Below are positions 28,158-38,049 of a stretch of DNA of 64,000 nucleotides, piece by piece. The notes beneath the pieces were generated by a model. It was not told the origin of the DNA. It did no database searches and saw nothing but the letters and a program-made list of their open reading frames with translations. The first letter of the stretch is position 1. The number at the start of each line of letters is the position of its first letter. The position numbers and the translations under genes were made by a program. Source of the DNA: an uncultured Bacilli bacterium. GTDB taxonomy: Bacteria > Bacillota_I > Bacilli_A > RF39 > UBA660. Location of the stretch: contig CANQQV010000004.1 of assembly GCA_947626095.1 (NCBI GenBank), positions 65,934 to 129,933 on the forward strand. The letters run 5' to 3'.

Positions 28158-31100
28158 GTGAAAAGTATGAAAAATACTTTACAATCAAAGTTAAAAAGAA
28201 TCAAAAATAAACTAATTACATACTATAAAAATGAAAATGCAGGTAAATACCTTTTTGATAATCAAAGAGTAATAATTAATGAAGACGACAAACGAAAAGT
28301 TTGGGCATTTTGTTCTGGTCAAAACAGCCAAGATTTTCGTGGTAATCCTAAATACTTATTCTTATACATAAATACTTATCGTAAAGATATAACAGCATAC
28401 TGGCTATGTGATAATGATGACACAATAAGATTTGTTAGGAAATTAGGTTATAAAGCTTATAAGATTGGTACAAAACAATCTGAAGAAGCCATAAGTAAAA
28501 CAGGTGTTTTAGTAACAGAACAAGTTAAAGAATACATTCCTGAAGGCCTAGAAAATGCTATATATGTTAATTTATGGCATGGAGTAGGTGGTGTAAAAAA
28601 CGTTGAGCGTTGTATATATGATGGAATCCTAGGCGAACCAATTATAAAAAAATATATAAAGAATAACTACATATTTTTAAGAAACGAACTATATTTAGCT
28701 CCATCTAAATTCATCGAAGAAATTGCTATTGATCAACTAGGATTAGAAAAAAACAAAATAATAAGAGCCGGCTATCCCAGATGTATATACCAAAAAGAAT
28801 ATAATTTTAAACCAACATTTGATACCAATTTAATTCAAAAAAATAATCTTCCTGAAGATACAAGAATAGTTGCTTATACCCCAACATGGCGTAGTGAAAG
28901 TGATGGTGATTTTTTTACTAAAGCAATTCCCGACATTAATAGTTTGATTGAAGTATGTGAAAAAAATCATCTATTATTTATTTTTAAAATGCATCCAATC
29001 CTAGAAAATGAGAAAGGCTTTCTTGAAGCTAAAGAACATTATAAAAACAATCCTTGGTTAATATTTTGGGATAATAAATACGACTTTTATGAAGTTATGC
29101 CGCAAGTTGATTTATGTATCATGGATTTTTCATCAATCTATACCGACTTTATATTAATGGGAACAAAACACTACATAAGATACTTGTTTGATAATGATAG
29201 TTTAACTATGGATTTTCCAATGAATTATGATGATACAACACTAGGGAAAAAATGTTATACATTCACTGATTTACTTAAAACTTTAAGCAACTATCAAAAC
29301 GAAAATTTAGATAAAGAAATTCAAAAAATAACGGAACTATATTGGGAATACTCTACACCAAATGATATGGATAATATCATTCAATCAGTGTTAGAATTTA
29401 AACCTGAAGAAAAGCCACTAAACATCTTATATAGTTATGATATATTTGATACTTTAATTTCGCGAAAAGTTTTAGAACCAACAGGAATCTTTTATTATGT
29501 TAAAGAGAAAATGATTGCTTCAAATATGAATTTCCCTGAATATCTAATAGTTGACTATCCGAATATTAGAAAAAATGCCGAATTAGATGTTAGAGAATAT
29601 TATACTAGGACAAAAGAAGAAAGAAAAAGTGATAAATGTGAAATTCAATTTGACGAAATCTTTGAACATATTCAATCAGTTTTTAAAATATCCAAAGAAC
29701 AAACAAATAAATTAAAAGAGTGGGAACTAGAAGCTGAACTAGAAAATGTAATTCCAATAAGTGAAAATATTTCAAAGGTAAAACAATTATTAAAAGATAA
29801 ACAAAAAGTAATGTTGATAAGTGATATGTATCTACCAAAAGATTTTATCATTAAATTACTGAAAAAAGTTGATCCCGAACTTGCTAAATTAGATATGTAT
29901 TTATCTTCTGAATATGGATACATGAAAGCCGACAAAACTTTATTTATGGAAGTATACCGAAAATATGGGAAAAAATATTTCTTTGACAAATGGATTCATG
30001 TTGGTGATAATCCTAAATCAGACGATATAATGCCTAAAAAATTATTCATAACAACATCACCAGTAACAAAACTAGAATTTAATCAATACGAAAAAGATTT
30101 AATAAATTGTATTAATAATTATGATGCTTATTTAGTAGCTGCTTCTTTAGCAAGATTTAGAAATGAACATCCAAGTTTAAAAGAACAATTTGTTTATTCG
30201 TACGTATCATTACTATTTGTTCCATATGTTTTATGGGCTTTAACAAATGCTAAATCCGATAAAGATAAAGTAGTATATTTTGTATCTAGAGATGGTCATA
30301 ACTTAAAGAAAATAGGGGACGTCATAAACGAAAAGCTAAAACTTGATTTAGAACTAAAATATATTTACGCCTCTAGAAAAACATGGCGTATACCTTCATT
30401 TATTGATCAAATTGATGATGATTTCTGGGGTGAAGGACACGGTAACTTCAATGAAGTATCGACATTTAATAAACTTTTACTAGCTCTTGATATAACTAAA
30501 GAAAAATTTAATGAAATCTTTCCGGAATTAATAAAATATGAAAAAGTTGAAAAAATAACCCCTAAAGATATGAAAAACATGATAAGTATATTTCGTTCAT
30601 CCAAAAAATACAATGAATATCTACTAAATAAAGCCAAAGAAGAAAGAGAATCTGTTTGCGGATATTTAAAACAAGAAATTGATTCTAAAAAACAATTCTC
30701 AATTGTCGAATATTGGGGAAGAGGGTATACTCAAGAAAACTTTACAAGACTATGGAATGAAATTACTGGCCAAAAAGAACCAACAAAGTTTTATTATTCA
30801 CGAAGCACGTTACCAAGTAATGAAATGAATATTAGATATAATTTCATTATCAATAATCAAGCTCAACAATTTATCGAATCAGTATTTGCTTGTATAAACT
30901 ATAAATCTATTGCCGAATATAAAAAAGAAAATGATAAATGGGAACCAGTTATCAAAGAGCAATATTGTGATTTAGTTCTATTTAAAGCATTAGAAACTTT
31001 GTTGCCGCAATTTGCTGAAGAATACTGTTCAATTAATTTTATAAATAGGAATGATATTGGCCGAGCACTTGCAGAGTTTGCTTTAAAATATTATCAAAAC

Positions 31101-32513
31101 AAACCTACATGGGAAGGATTTGTCAATATTTTGGCTGAACAAGTCGATTCTGTTCAAGTATATGGTCAAAAGACAAAATATGCCCCTAAATTAACCGTCA
31201 AAGATATTTTAGAAGTTAGATTTAATAAAACTAAATTAAATTTAATCACTAAGAATCCAACAATATCAATTAATAAATCATCACCTAAAGTTCAAAAAAT
31301 GTTTACGGAACTATATCAAGTAAAAGACATAAACAATATAATTGAGACTCAAAAATACAAAAAATATGAAATAATTGAAAGCAACAAACAACAGAAATTA
31401 CTAACAAAATATGAAACAGCAAGTAAGAAACTAAATAATTTCTACGAAAAATATGCTAAAGAAATAAAAATAACTAACAAAATAGTAATATTAATGTTAG
31501 ACAACAATTTTAAAAATTACTATCAAACATTATGTGATAAATTAGCAACGCAGAACAAATACAAGGTTGAATATATTAAAATAAATAGAATAAGTAAAAA
31601 GAATTTAGCCAAAAAATTATTAGAATCTAAATATATCATTTTAAGCGAACCACATTATTTATTTAGTGATTTAGACTTAAAACAAGAGACAAGTGTTGTT
31701 ATTTTAGGCAAGTATGCATTCTCGTATTTACCAGAAGGTTTATCTAAAATAAACAAAGTAGATTCATATAATCGCCTAAATGACTATATTTATAAAACAA
31801 ATATATCAATATTACAATGTGCCTCTAATGAAAACTCTTTAATAAAAAAGAAAATTTACAATACCAATCTTACTACTAATATCTTAAAAAACGGTTCAAC
31901 TATCACAGATATTTACTTTGATGAGCAACAAAAAGCTAATATTAAGAATGCTATTTATCGAAAATATTCTATTCCTAAAAATAAAAAAATTATTGCTTAT
32001 ATAACATATGCCAGATATCGAAATAATAAAAGTCAATTTATAGAATTACTTAATATAAATGACTTAAATAGAAAATTAGGCAATGAATACGTCTTATTAA
32101 TAAAATACATTTCTAATGAAAAAGTAGATTATATTGGTAATAATTTTAATCTTAAAGGTTTTGCAAAAGATATATCAAAAGATCTTTCAACCCGCGAATT
32201 AATGATTGCTGCAGATATAATCGTTGGAGATTATGCTAACGAATTATTTGAATCGCCACTATTACATAAACCAGTATTTATAACTGGCTGGGATAAAGAT
32301 GCATTCGAATCTATATATAACACCTTTATAAGTATTAGTAATGAACCATATGGTCAAATTATCTATAATACCGAAGAATTGATTAATAGTATCAATGACA
32401 TCACCAATTATAATTACGAGATTCAAGAAAAATTCAAAGATAAATATTTGGAAAATTGCGATGGTCACAGCGCAGAAAGATTAGTAGAATTCTTAACTAA
32501 TGAAAAAAAGTAA
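28158..32513 (+). CDS. Multidomain polymerase: TagF-like polyol-phosphate transferase + HAD phosphatase + glycan phosphoribosyltransferase-like + degenerate TagF-like domain (Bcs3-like)
   Basis: GNPKYLF, NLWHGVG, GYPR, YTPTWR, FKMHP, DFSSI; YDIFDTLISR, SDMYL, HVGDN..SD; YFVSRDG, YASRKTWR, VEYWGRGYTQ; C-terminal ADIIVGDY...DGHSAERLV. Confidence 0.85.
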   Translation: MKSMKNTLQSKLKRIKNKLITYYKNENAGKYLFDNQRVIINEDDKRKVWAFCSGQNSQDFRGNPKYLFLYINTYRKDITAYWLCDNDDTIRFVRKLGYKAYKIGTKQSEEAISKTGVLVTEQVKEYIPEGLENAIYVNLWHGVGGVKNVERCIYDGILGEPIIKKYIKNNYIFLRNELYLAPSKFIEEIAIDQLGLEKNKIIRAGYPRCIYQKEYNFKPTFDTNLIQKNNLPEDTRIVAYTPTWRSESDGDFFTKAIPDINSLIEVCEKNHLLFIFKMHPILENEKGFLEAKEHYKNNPWLIFWDNKYDFYEVMPQVDLCIMDFSSIYTDFILMGTKHYIRYLFDNDSLTMDFPMNYDDTTLGKKCYTFTDLLKTLSNYQNENLDKEIQKITELYWEYSTPNDMDNIIQSVLEFKPEEKPLNILYSYDIFDTLISRKVLEPTGIFYYVKEKMIASNMNFPEYLIVDYPNIRKNAELDVREYYTRTKEERKSDKCEIQFDEIFEHIQSVFKISKEQTNKLKEWELEAELENVIPISENISKVKQLLKDKQKVMLISDMYLPKDFIIKLLKKVDPELAKLDMYLSSEYGYMKADKTLFMEVYRKYGKKYFFDKWIHVGDNPKSDDIMPKKLFITTSPVTKLEFNQYEKDLINCINNYDAYLVAASLARFRNEHPSLKEQFVYSYVSLLFVPYVLWALTNAKSDKDKVVYFVSRDGHNLKKIGDVINEKLKLDLELKYIYASRKTWRIPSFIDQIDDDFWGEGHGNFNEVSTFNKLLLALDITKEKFNEIFPELIKYEKVEKITPKDMKNMISIFRSSKKYNEYLLNKAKEERESVCGYLKQEIDSKKQFSIVEYWGRGYTQENFTRLWNEITGQKEPTKFYYSRSTLPSNEMNIRYNFIINNQAQQFIESVFACINYKSIAEYKKENDKWEPVIKEQYCDLVLFKALETLLPQFAEEYCSINFINRNDIGRALAEFALKYYQNKPTWEGFVNILAEQVDSVQVYGQKTKYAPKLTVKDILEVRFNKTKLNLITKNPTISINKSSPKVQKMFTELYQVKDINNIIETQKYKKYEIIESNKQQKLLTKYETASKKLNNFYEKYAKEIKITNKIVILMLDNNFKNYYQTLCDKLATQNKYKVEYIKINRISKKNLAKKLLESKYIILSEPHYLFSDLDLKQETSVVILGKYAFSYLPEGLSKINKVDSYNRLNDYIYKTNISILQCASNENSLIKKKIYNTNLTTNILKNGSTITDIYFDEQQKANIKNAIYRKYSIPKNKKIIAYITYARYRNNKSQFIELLNINDLNRKLGNEYVLLIKYISNEKVDYIGNNFNLKGFAKDISKDLSTRELMIAADIIVGDYANELFESPLLHKPVFITGWDKDAFESIYNTFISISNEPYGQIIYNTEELINSINDITNYNYEIQEKFKDKYLENCDGHSAERLVEFLTNEKK

Positions 32514-32602
32514 AAATTCTACATACTATACCATGAATATATTTTATGCTATAATAAGCATATAAAAAAATTCAAAGAAAAAAGCATTTTTATGGAGGTT
32601 TT

Positions 32603-33355
32603 ATGAAAAAAATTGCAATAATCTTTGCTGGCGGAGCAGGAAAAAGAATGGGTGGTGAAATACCAAAACAATTTTTAAAAGTATGTGGTAAAGATATCAT
32701 CATTCATACGCTTGAATTATTTGAAAATAATCCAGATGTTGATGAAATTGTTGTTGCTTGTATTGAAAGTTGGATACCTTATTTAAAGAAACTAATCAAA
32801 AAATTTGAAATAAATAAAGTAGTTAAAGTAATACCAGGTGGGGCTACAGGTCAAGATACAATTTTCTTAGGTCTTAAAGAAGCTAAAAAGAATAATGAAG
32901 ATGCAATCGTTCTAATTCATGATGGAGTAAGACCATTAGTATCACAAGAAACGATAAGCAATTGTATTAATAGTGTTAAAAAATATGGCAGTGCAATTAC
33001 TGTAACACCATGTTTTGAAACACCGATAATTAGCTATGATGGTAAAGTCGTAAATGAAATGCCTCAAAGAGCAATAATGTATACAGCCCAAGCTCCTCAA
33101 TGTTATCATTTAAAAGATATTTATGACGCGCATATTAAAGAACGAAAAGTCAATCCTAATTATGAGGGAATTGTCGATTCATGTGGCTTAATGTTTAAAA
33201 ATGGTTTAAATCCTCATCTTGTAATAGGTAATCGTGGTAACATCAAAGTAACAACTCCAGAAGATTATTGTACATTAATAGGTAATTTAAATGCTCGAGA
33301 TTACCAAGAATTCTTAAATTTAGAGTCAAATATTGAAACAAAAGGAGAAAAATAA
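32603..33355 (+). CDS. tarI: IspD/TarI-family polyol-phosphate cytidylyltransferase
   Basis: FAGGAGKRM, PKQFL, IHDGVRP, QAPQ, NIKVTTPED; lies in the teichoic acid locus. Confidence 0.82.
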   Translation: MKKIAIIFAGGAGKRMGGEIPKQFLKVCGKDIIIHTLELFENNPDVDEIVVACIESWIPYLKKLIKKFEINKVVKVIPGGATGQDTIFLGLKEAKKNNEDAIVLIHDGVRPLVSQETISNCINSVKKYGSAITVTPCFETPIISYDGKVVNEMPQRAIMYTAQAPQCYHLKDIYDAHIKERKVNPNYEGIVDSCGLMFKNGLNPHLVIGNRGNIKVTTPEDYCTLIGNLNARDYQEFLNLESNIETKGEK

Positions 33356-34426
33356 ATGAAATATACAAAAATAGTTGACGAAGATGCTAAGTATATTATC
33401 AAATCTTGTCAGCCTGAAATCCTATTATCTAAATTAAAGAACAAAGTTTTTTTAGTAACAGGTGCTTCAGGAATGATTGGTTCATACATAATTTATACAT
33501 TGCTAAAATTAAACGAAGAATACAAAGCTGATATTAAAATAAAAGCTGTTGTAAGAAACATAAATAAATTAGATGAATATATAAAAAATAATAAAAAAGT
33601 TGAAGTTATAGTTCAAGATATAATTAAACCATTAGAAATTAAAGATGAGATTAATTACATTGTTCATGCTGCTTCTCCAGCTAGTCCTAAAATTATGAAA
33701 GATCAACCAGTCGAAACTAACTTTGCTAATACAATCGGAACTGCTAATACTTTAAACTTAGCAAAAGAAAAAAACGCAGATGGTTATTTATTCATTTCAT
33801 CAAGAGAAATATATGGTGAACCAGCTGATGGTCAAGAGCTATTTACCGAAGACGGACCATTGGGTCAAGTTAATCCATTAGTTCCCCGAAACGGATATGC
33901 CGAAGGTAAAAAAGCTGCTGAAAATATGTGCTCTGGTTTTAAAGAAGAGTATGGATTAAATACTAAAATAGTAAGACTCGCTCATACCTACGGTCCTGGA
34001 ATGTCAATATATGATGGTAGAGTCCAAGCTGATTTTCTTAATAATATATTACATAATCAAAATATTATTCTTAAAAGTGATGGCTCATCAGTAAGAACAT
34101 ATACCTATATTGCTGATGCTGTAGTTGCCATGTTTTTAGTATTGCTAAATTCAGAAGATATGGTTTATAACATTGCCGATGAAAATTCAAAGACAACAAT
34201 TAAAGAGTTGGCAGAAACTCTTATAAAAATTAAAGCAGAAAAACATTTAGAATTAATATTTGATATACCAAAAGAAAAAGATAAAGGCGCCGCTTCATTT
34301 AAGAACGGTATTCTATCAACTGATAAAATAAGGAAAGAATTATCATGGAATCCTAAATTTAGTATCTATGATGGTTTTGCAAGAACAGTTAAACATTTAG
34401 AAGAAGAACTAAAAGACGAATTATAA
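33356..34426 (+). CDS. Extended SDR (NAD-dependent epimerase/dehydratase family), probable CDP-pentulose reductase
   Basis: TGASGMIG, HAASPASP, SSREIYG, YAEGK (YxxxK), YGPG; immediately follows tarI. Confidence 0.75.
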   Translation: MKYTKIVDEDAKYIIKSCQPEILLSKLKNKVFLVTGASGMIGSYIIYTLLKLNEEYKADIKIKAVVRNINKLDEYIKNNKKVEVIVQDIIKPLEIKDEINYIVHAASPASPKIMKDQPVETNFANTIGTANTLNLAKEKNADGYLFISSREIYGEPADGQELFTEDGPLGQVNPLVPRNGYAEGKKAAENMCSGFKEEYGLNTKIVRLAHTYGPGMSIYDGRVQADFLNNILHNQNIILKSDGSSVRTYTYIADAVVAMFLVLLNSEDMVYNIADENSKTTIKELAETLIKIKAEKHLELIFDIPKEKDKGAASFKNGILSTDKIRKELSWNPKFSIYDGFARTVKHLEEELKDEL

Positions 34427-34460
34427 CAATTAATTCACTAACATTTTGGAGAGTGATTCA

Positions 34461-35243
34461 ATGAAAAGATTTTTCAATAATATTAAAAAGTATTATAAAT
34501 ATGCTATAAGATCAGCCAAAGCTGAACTAAAAAGCGAAGTTGCTGATTCCTATTTAAATTGGTTATGGTGGGTAATTGAACCATTGTGCTTTATGCTAAT
34601 TTATACCTTTGTTTTTGGTATGATATTTGGTAATAAAGAACCATACTTTGCTTCATTTATAATGATAGGAGTTGCCTTATGGGATTTTGCTAATAGAATG
34701 ATCACAGGAAGTGTCAGACTGATTATCAATAATCGCGATTTAGTTACGAAAGTTTATATTCCTAAATATATATTGCTATTTTCTAAATCAATTACTTATC
34801 TCTTTAAAATGTGTATATCTTTAGGATTAGCCTTTGGTTTAATGCTAGTTCAACATGTTCCACTAACATGGCACATTATTCTATTAATACCAGTAATATT
34901 AGTTTTATATATTGTTTGTTTTGGCATTGGGCTTATTCTTATGCATCATGGTGTTACCTTTGATGACTTAAGTAATTTAACCAATATCGCCCTAAAAATG
35001 ATTTTCTACGTTTCTGGTGTTTTCTATAATATTAAAACAAGATTAAAAGGCAAAGCTGGATATCTTCTTCTTCGTGTAAATCCCTTAGCTTTCCTAATGG
35101 ACGAAGCGAGAAAAGTAACAGTATATGGTCAAATGTTCAGTATCCAAGGATTATTATTTTGGTTAGCAATTGGCATTCTTCTATGTGTATACGGTATACA
35201 TGTAATACATAAATACGAAAATAGCTATGCGAAGGTGATATAA
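34461..35243 (+). CDS. tagG: Teichoic acid/polysaccharide ABC exporter permease (TagG/Wzm)
   Basis: SYLNWLWWVIEPL, KVYIP, FYVSGVFY, NPL; 6 TM. Confidence 0.88.
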   Translation: MKRFFNNIKKYYKYAIRSAKAELKSEVADSYLNWLWWVIEPLCFMLIYTFVFGMIFGNKEPYFASFIMIGVALWDFANRMITGSVRLIINNRDLVTKVYIPKYILLFSKSITYLFKMCISLGLAFGLMLVQHVPLTWHIILLIPVILVLYIVCFGIGLILMHHGVTFDDLSNLTNIALKMIFYVSGVFYNIKTRLKGKAGYLLLRVNPLAFLMDEARKVTVYGQMFSIQGLLFWLAIGILLCVYGIHVIHKYENSYAKVI

Positions 35244-35989
35244 TGGCAACAGAAAATAAAAAAGATATAGCAATAACTGTTAAAAATCTTCATATAACAT
35301 ATCGTGGTTTGAAAAAAACTTCTATAAGAGCATCGTGGAAAAATTTTGGTAACAAAATAGAAACTTTTCATGCTTTAAAAGGTGTAAGCTTTGAACTAGA
35401 AGAAGGTAAAATACTTGGCATAATTGGAAAAAATGGTTCAGGAAAATCAACTATGTTAAGAGCAATAGCTGGTATTTTCTCACCTGATAAAGGTGAAATT
35501 GATCTTCATGGCCGAACAATATCTCTTCTTTCTATTGGTGTTGGCTTTAATAAAAAATTAACTGGTCGCGAAAATATTTATCTATCAGGAATGTTATTAG
35601 GCTTTTCTGAAGAGGAAATTGCTGCTAAAGAAAAAGAGATAATAAAATTCGCTGATATTGGTGACTTCATCAATAAAAGAGTAAAAACATACTCATCAGG
35701 AATGTATTCAAAATTAGCTTTTGCTATCACAGCTATCTTAGAAACAGACATAACCTTAATTGACGAAGTATTATCAGTTGGTGATGCAAAATTCAAGGAA
35801 AAAAGCTATAACAAAATGAAAGAATTAATTTCTGATGAAAAAAGAACTGTTTTAATAGTTTCTCACAGTTTAGGAACCATCAGAGAATTATGTGATGAAG
35901 TACTATGGTTAAATGATGGCAAAATAATGGAAATTGGTAAACCAGATGTCGTTATACCTAAATATGAAGAATTTATGAAAGAAAACTAA
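35243..35989 (+). CDS. tagH: Teichoic acid/polysaccharide ABC exporter ATPase (TagH/Wzt)
   Basis: ALKGVSF, GKNGSGKST, LTGRENI, YSSGM, IDEVLSVGD. Confidence 0.9.
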   Translation: MATENKKDIAITVKNLHITYRGLKKTSIRASWKNFGNKIETFHALKGVSFELEEGKILGIIGKNGSGKSTMLRAIAGIFSPDKGEIDLHGRTISLLSIGVGFNKKLTGRENIYLSGMLLGFSEEEIAAKEKEIIKFADIGDFINKRVKTYSSGMYSKLAFAITAILETDITLIDEVLSVGDAKFKEKSYNKMKELISDEKRTVLIVSHSLGTIRELCDEVLWLNDGKIMEIGKPDVVIPKYEEFMKEN

Positions 35990-36013
35990 GAATACTAAAA
36001 AGTATTCTTTTTT

Positions 36014-36021
36014 CATACAAT
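36014..36021 (+). promoter_or_regulatory. Sigma-E-type -10 element for yqfCD
   Basis: CATACAAT matches the sigma-E -10 consensus; the promoter overlaps the tagH terminator AAGAATACT/AGTATTCTT. Confidence 0.6.
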
Positions 36022-36036
36022 TATATAGGTGATTAA

Positions 36037-36279
36037 ATGATAATAGATAATTTTAAAAATATCTTTATAAATGAAGCCTATTCAATTAATTTAACTAATA
36101 ATAAAATATATATTCAAAACTACGATAAACTATTATCAATAACTGATAAACAAATCTTACTTAAATTAAAAGATTTTAATCTTAAAATAAAAGGGCTAGA
36201 TTTTAAAATTGTGAAAATGCTAGACAAAGAAATCTTATTTAATGGTCATATTGAAAGTATGGAATACATCTATAACTAA
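36037..36279 (+). CDS. yqfC: Sporulation protein YqfC (YabP family)
   Basis: IYIQNY..LLS.T...I.L...IKG....EI.FNG.I; precedes yqfD. Confidence 0.8.
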   Translation: MIIDNFKNIFINEAYSINLTNNKIYIQNYDKLLSITDKQILLKLKDFNLKIKGLDFKIVKMLDKEILFNGHIESMEYIYN

Positions 36280-37411
36280 TTTAATAGATATAAGTATTAA
36301 TACTAAATCACCTAATAAGACCATTAAATATTTAAGAAATTTAAATATAAATATCTATAATATTAAATATAATAAAGATTATATAATCGTTAAAATAAAA
36401 GAAAATGAACTAGAAAAAGTCGCTAAATACTATAATTATGAAATTATAAATTATTATGGTAAAACCAAGTTAATTAACTATTTAAAAATAAATAAATTAT
36501 CTTTAACTATGTTATTTATTATTCTAATAATTATTTTCATTTTAACTAGATTTATTATAAATATTAACGTTATTACTGAAGATAGTGAATTAAAAAGTCT
36601 ACTTTTAAATGAACTAGATAAAAATGAAATAAAAAAGTATACCATTGCTAAATCCAATCAAAAAATAAACGAGATTAAAAAAAACATTTTGAATAATAAT
36701 AAAAATACTATCGAATGGCTTAATATTGAAAGAAAAGGTATGAAATACATCATTAATGTTGAACCTAAAGTAAATAAAGAGAAACAAGAAGAACCACCAT
36801 ATTGTAATGTTATCTCCCTAAAAGATAGTATGGTAACTCGTATTATTACCAGTAAAGGCATGGAAGTTGTTGATGTAAATGATTCAGTTAAAAAAGGGGA
36901 TATTTTAATTTCTGGTGATATTAAATTCAATGAAGAAACAAAAGAACAAGTATGTGCTAGTGGTCAAGTATATGGTCATACCTGGTATACAGTTAATATC
37001 ACTATTCCTCGTAATTACGAAGAAATAACCAAATTAAGTAAAAAAAGATATAACTTAGAAATAAGCTTTAATAATAAAAAATATCGTTTATTTAAAGATC
37101 GTTTAACTAAATATCAAACACAGAGTAAAGAAATTGTTAATCTTTTAGGCTTTAAATTATCTTTACTAAAAGATACTGAAATAGAGAGTAATACCAAAGA
37201 ATACACTGATCATGAATTAGAAAATAATATCAAAAAACAAATCGAAGATAAAATGAAAAATATCTTAAAAGGGGAATATAAGATAATTACGCAAAAAGTT
37301 TTGAAAAAAGAACTAAATGATAGTAAAATAGATATGGAAGTATTTATAGTAGCCGAAGAAGAAATAAGTACAACCAGTACGGAATCACTAAATACTGAAG
37401 AAAATGAATAA
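36242..37411 (+). CDS. yqfD: Sporulation protein YqfD (start codon uncertain)
   Basis: IEWLNIERKG, PYCNVIS.KD.MV, VKKGDILISG, ASGQVYGHTWY. Confidence 0.87.
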   Translation: MVILKVWNTSITNLIDISINTKSPNKTIKYLRNLNINIYNIKYNKDYIIVKIKENELEKVAKYYNYEIINYYGKTKLINYLKINKLSLTMLFIILIIIFILTRFIININVITEDSELKSLLLNELDKNEIKKYTIAKSNQKINEIKKNILNNNKNTIEWLNIERKGMKYIINVEPKVNKEKQEEPPYCNVISLKDSMVTRIITSKGMEVVDVNDSVKKGDILISGDIKFNEETKEQVCASGQVYGHTWYTVNITIPRNYEEITKLSKKRYNLEISFNNKKYRLFKDRLTKYQTQSKEIVNLLGFKLSLLKDTEIESNTKEYTDHELENNIKKQIEDKMKNILKGEYKIITQKVLKKELNDSKIDMEVFIVAEEEISTTSTESLNTEENE

Positions 37412-37422
37412 GGAGTGAGCTT

Positions 37423-38049
37423 ATGGGGAATTTGTCGCCATTTTATGATACATTTTATTGGGCTATTAGTGAAACATGGCCTATGCTTACTTTATTCATT
37501 GTTATAATGACTGTTTTAAAAATAACTAGAGTTATTATTAATAACGACAAATTCGTCTTTTATAAAGAATTTTACTCATTATTATTTATTGTATATATCT
37601 TATTACTGTACTTCCTTTTATTAAGTACTGAAAATGCTTCAAACGGCATAAACTTAGTTCCATTCCACGAAATGACTAGGTATTCAATAGGTTCAAAAGC
37701 CTTCTTTTACAATGTAATAGGTAATATTGTCTTATTTATACCATTTGGTTACTTTGTCTCAGATTACTTAAAAGCTAAAAAAATACCACATATTTTAGTC
37801 GTTTCAATCATCATAAGTTTGACAGCTGAGCTAATTCAGCTTAAAATAGGCCGTGCTTTTGATATTGATGACATTATTTTAAATGTAATCGGCTCAATAA
37901 TCGGCTTTATGGGTTATATAAGCGTTAGAGCTATTAAATTACATTTACCTAAATTCTTACAAAATAATGTTTTCTATAATATTTTAGCTATTTTAGTTAT
38001 TATTGTAATAATATTATTATTTGGTAGTATATGGGGGCTTAGAGTTTAA
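37423..38049 (+). CDS. VanZ family membrane protein
   Basis: NLVPF, GNIVLFIPFG, ELIQ...RAFDIDDIILNVIG. Confidence 0.88.
   Translation: MGNLSPFYDTFYWAISETWPMLTLFIVIMTVLKITRVIINNDKFVFYKEFYSLLFIVYILLLYFLLLSTENASNGINLVPFHEMTRYSIGSKAFFYNVIGNIVLFIPFGYFVSDYLKAKKIPHILVVSIIISLTAELIQLKIGRAFDIDDIILNVIGSIIGFMGYISVRAIKLHLPKFLQNNVFYNILAILVIIVIILLFGSIWGLRV

Noticed and set aside
32603-33355. Annotation as ispD of the MEP isoprenoid pathway
   Set aside because: Context among TagF-family genes, an SDR and tagGH, with no ispF, favours a TarI-type role
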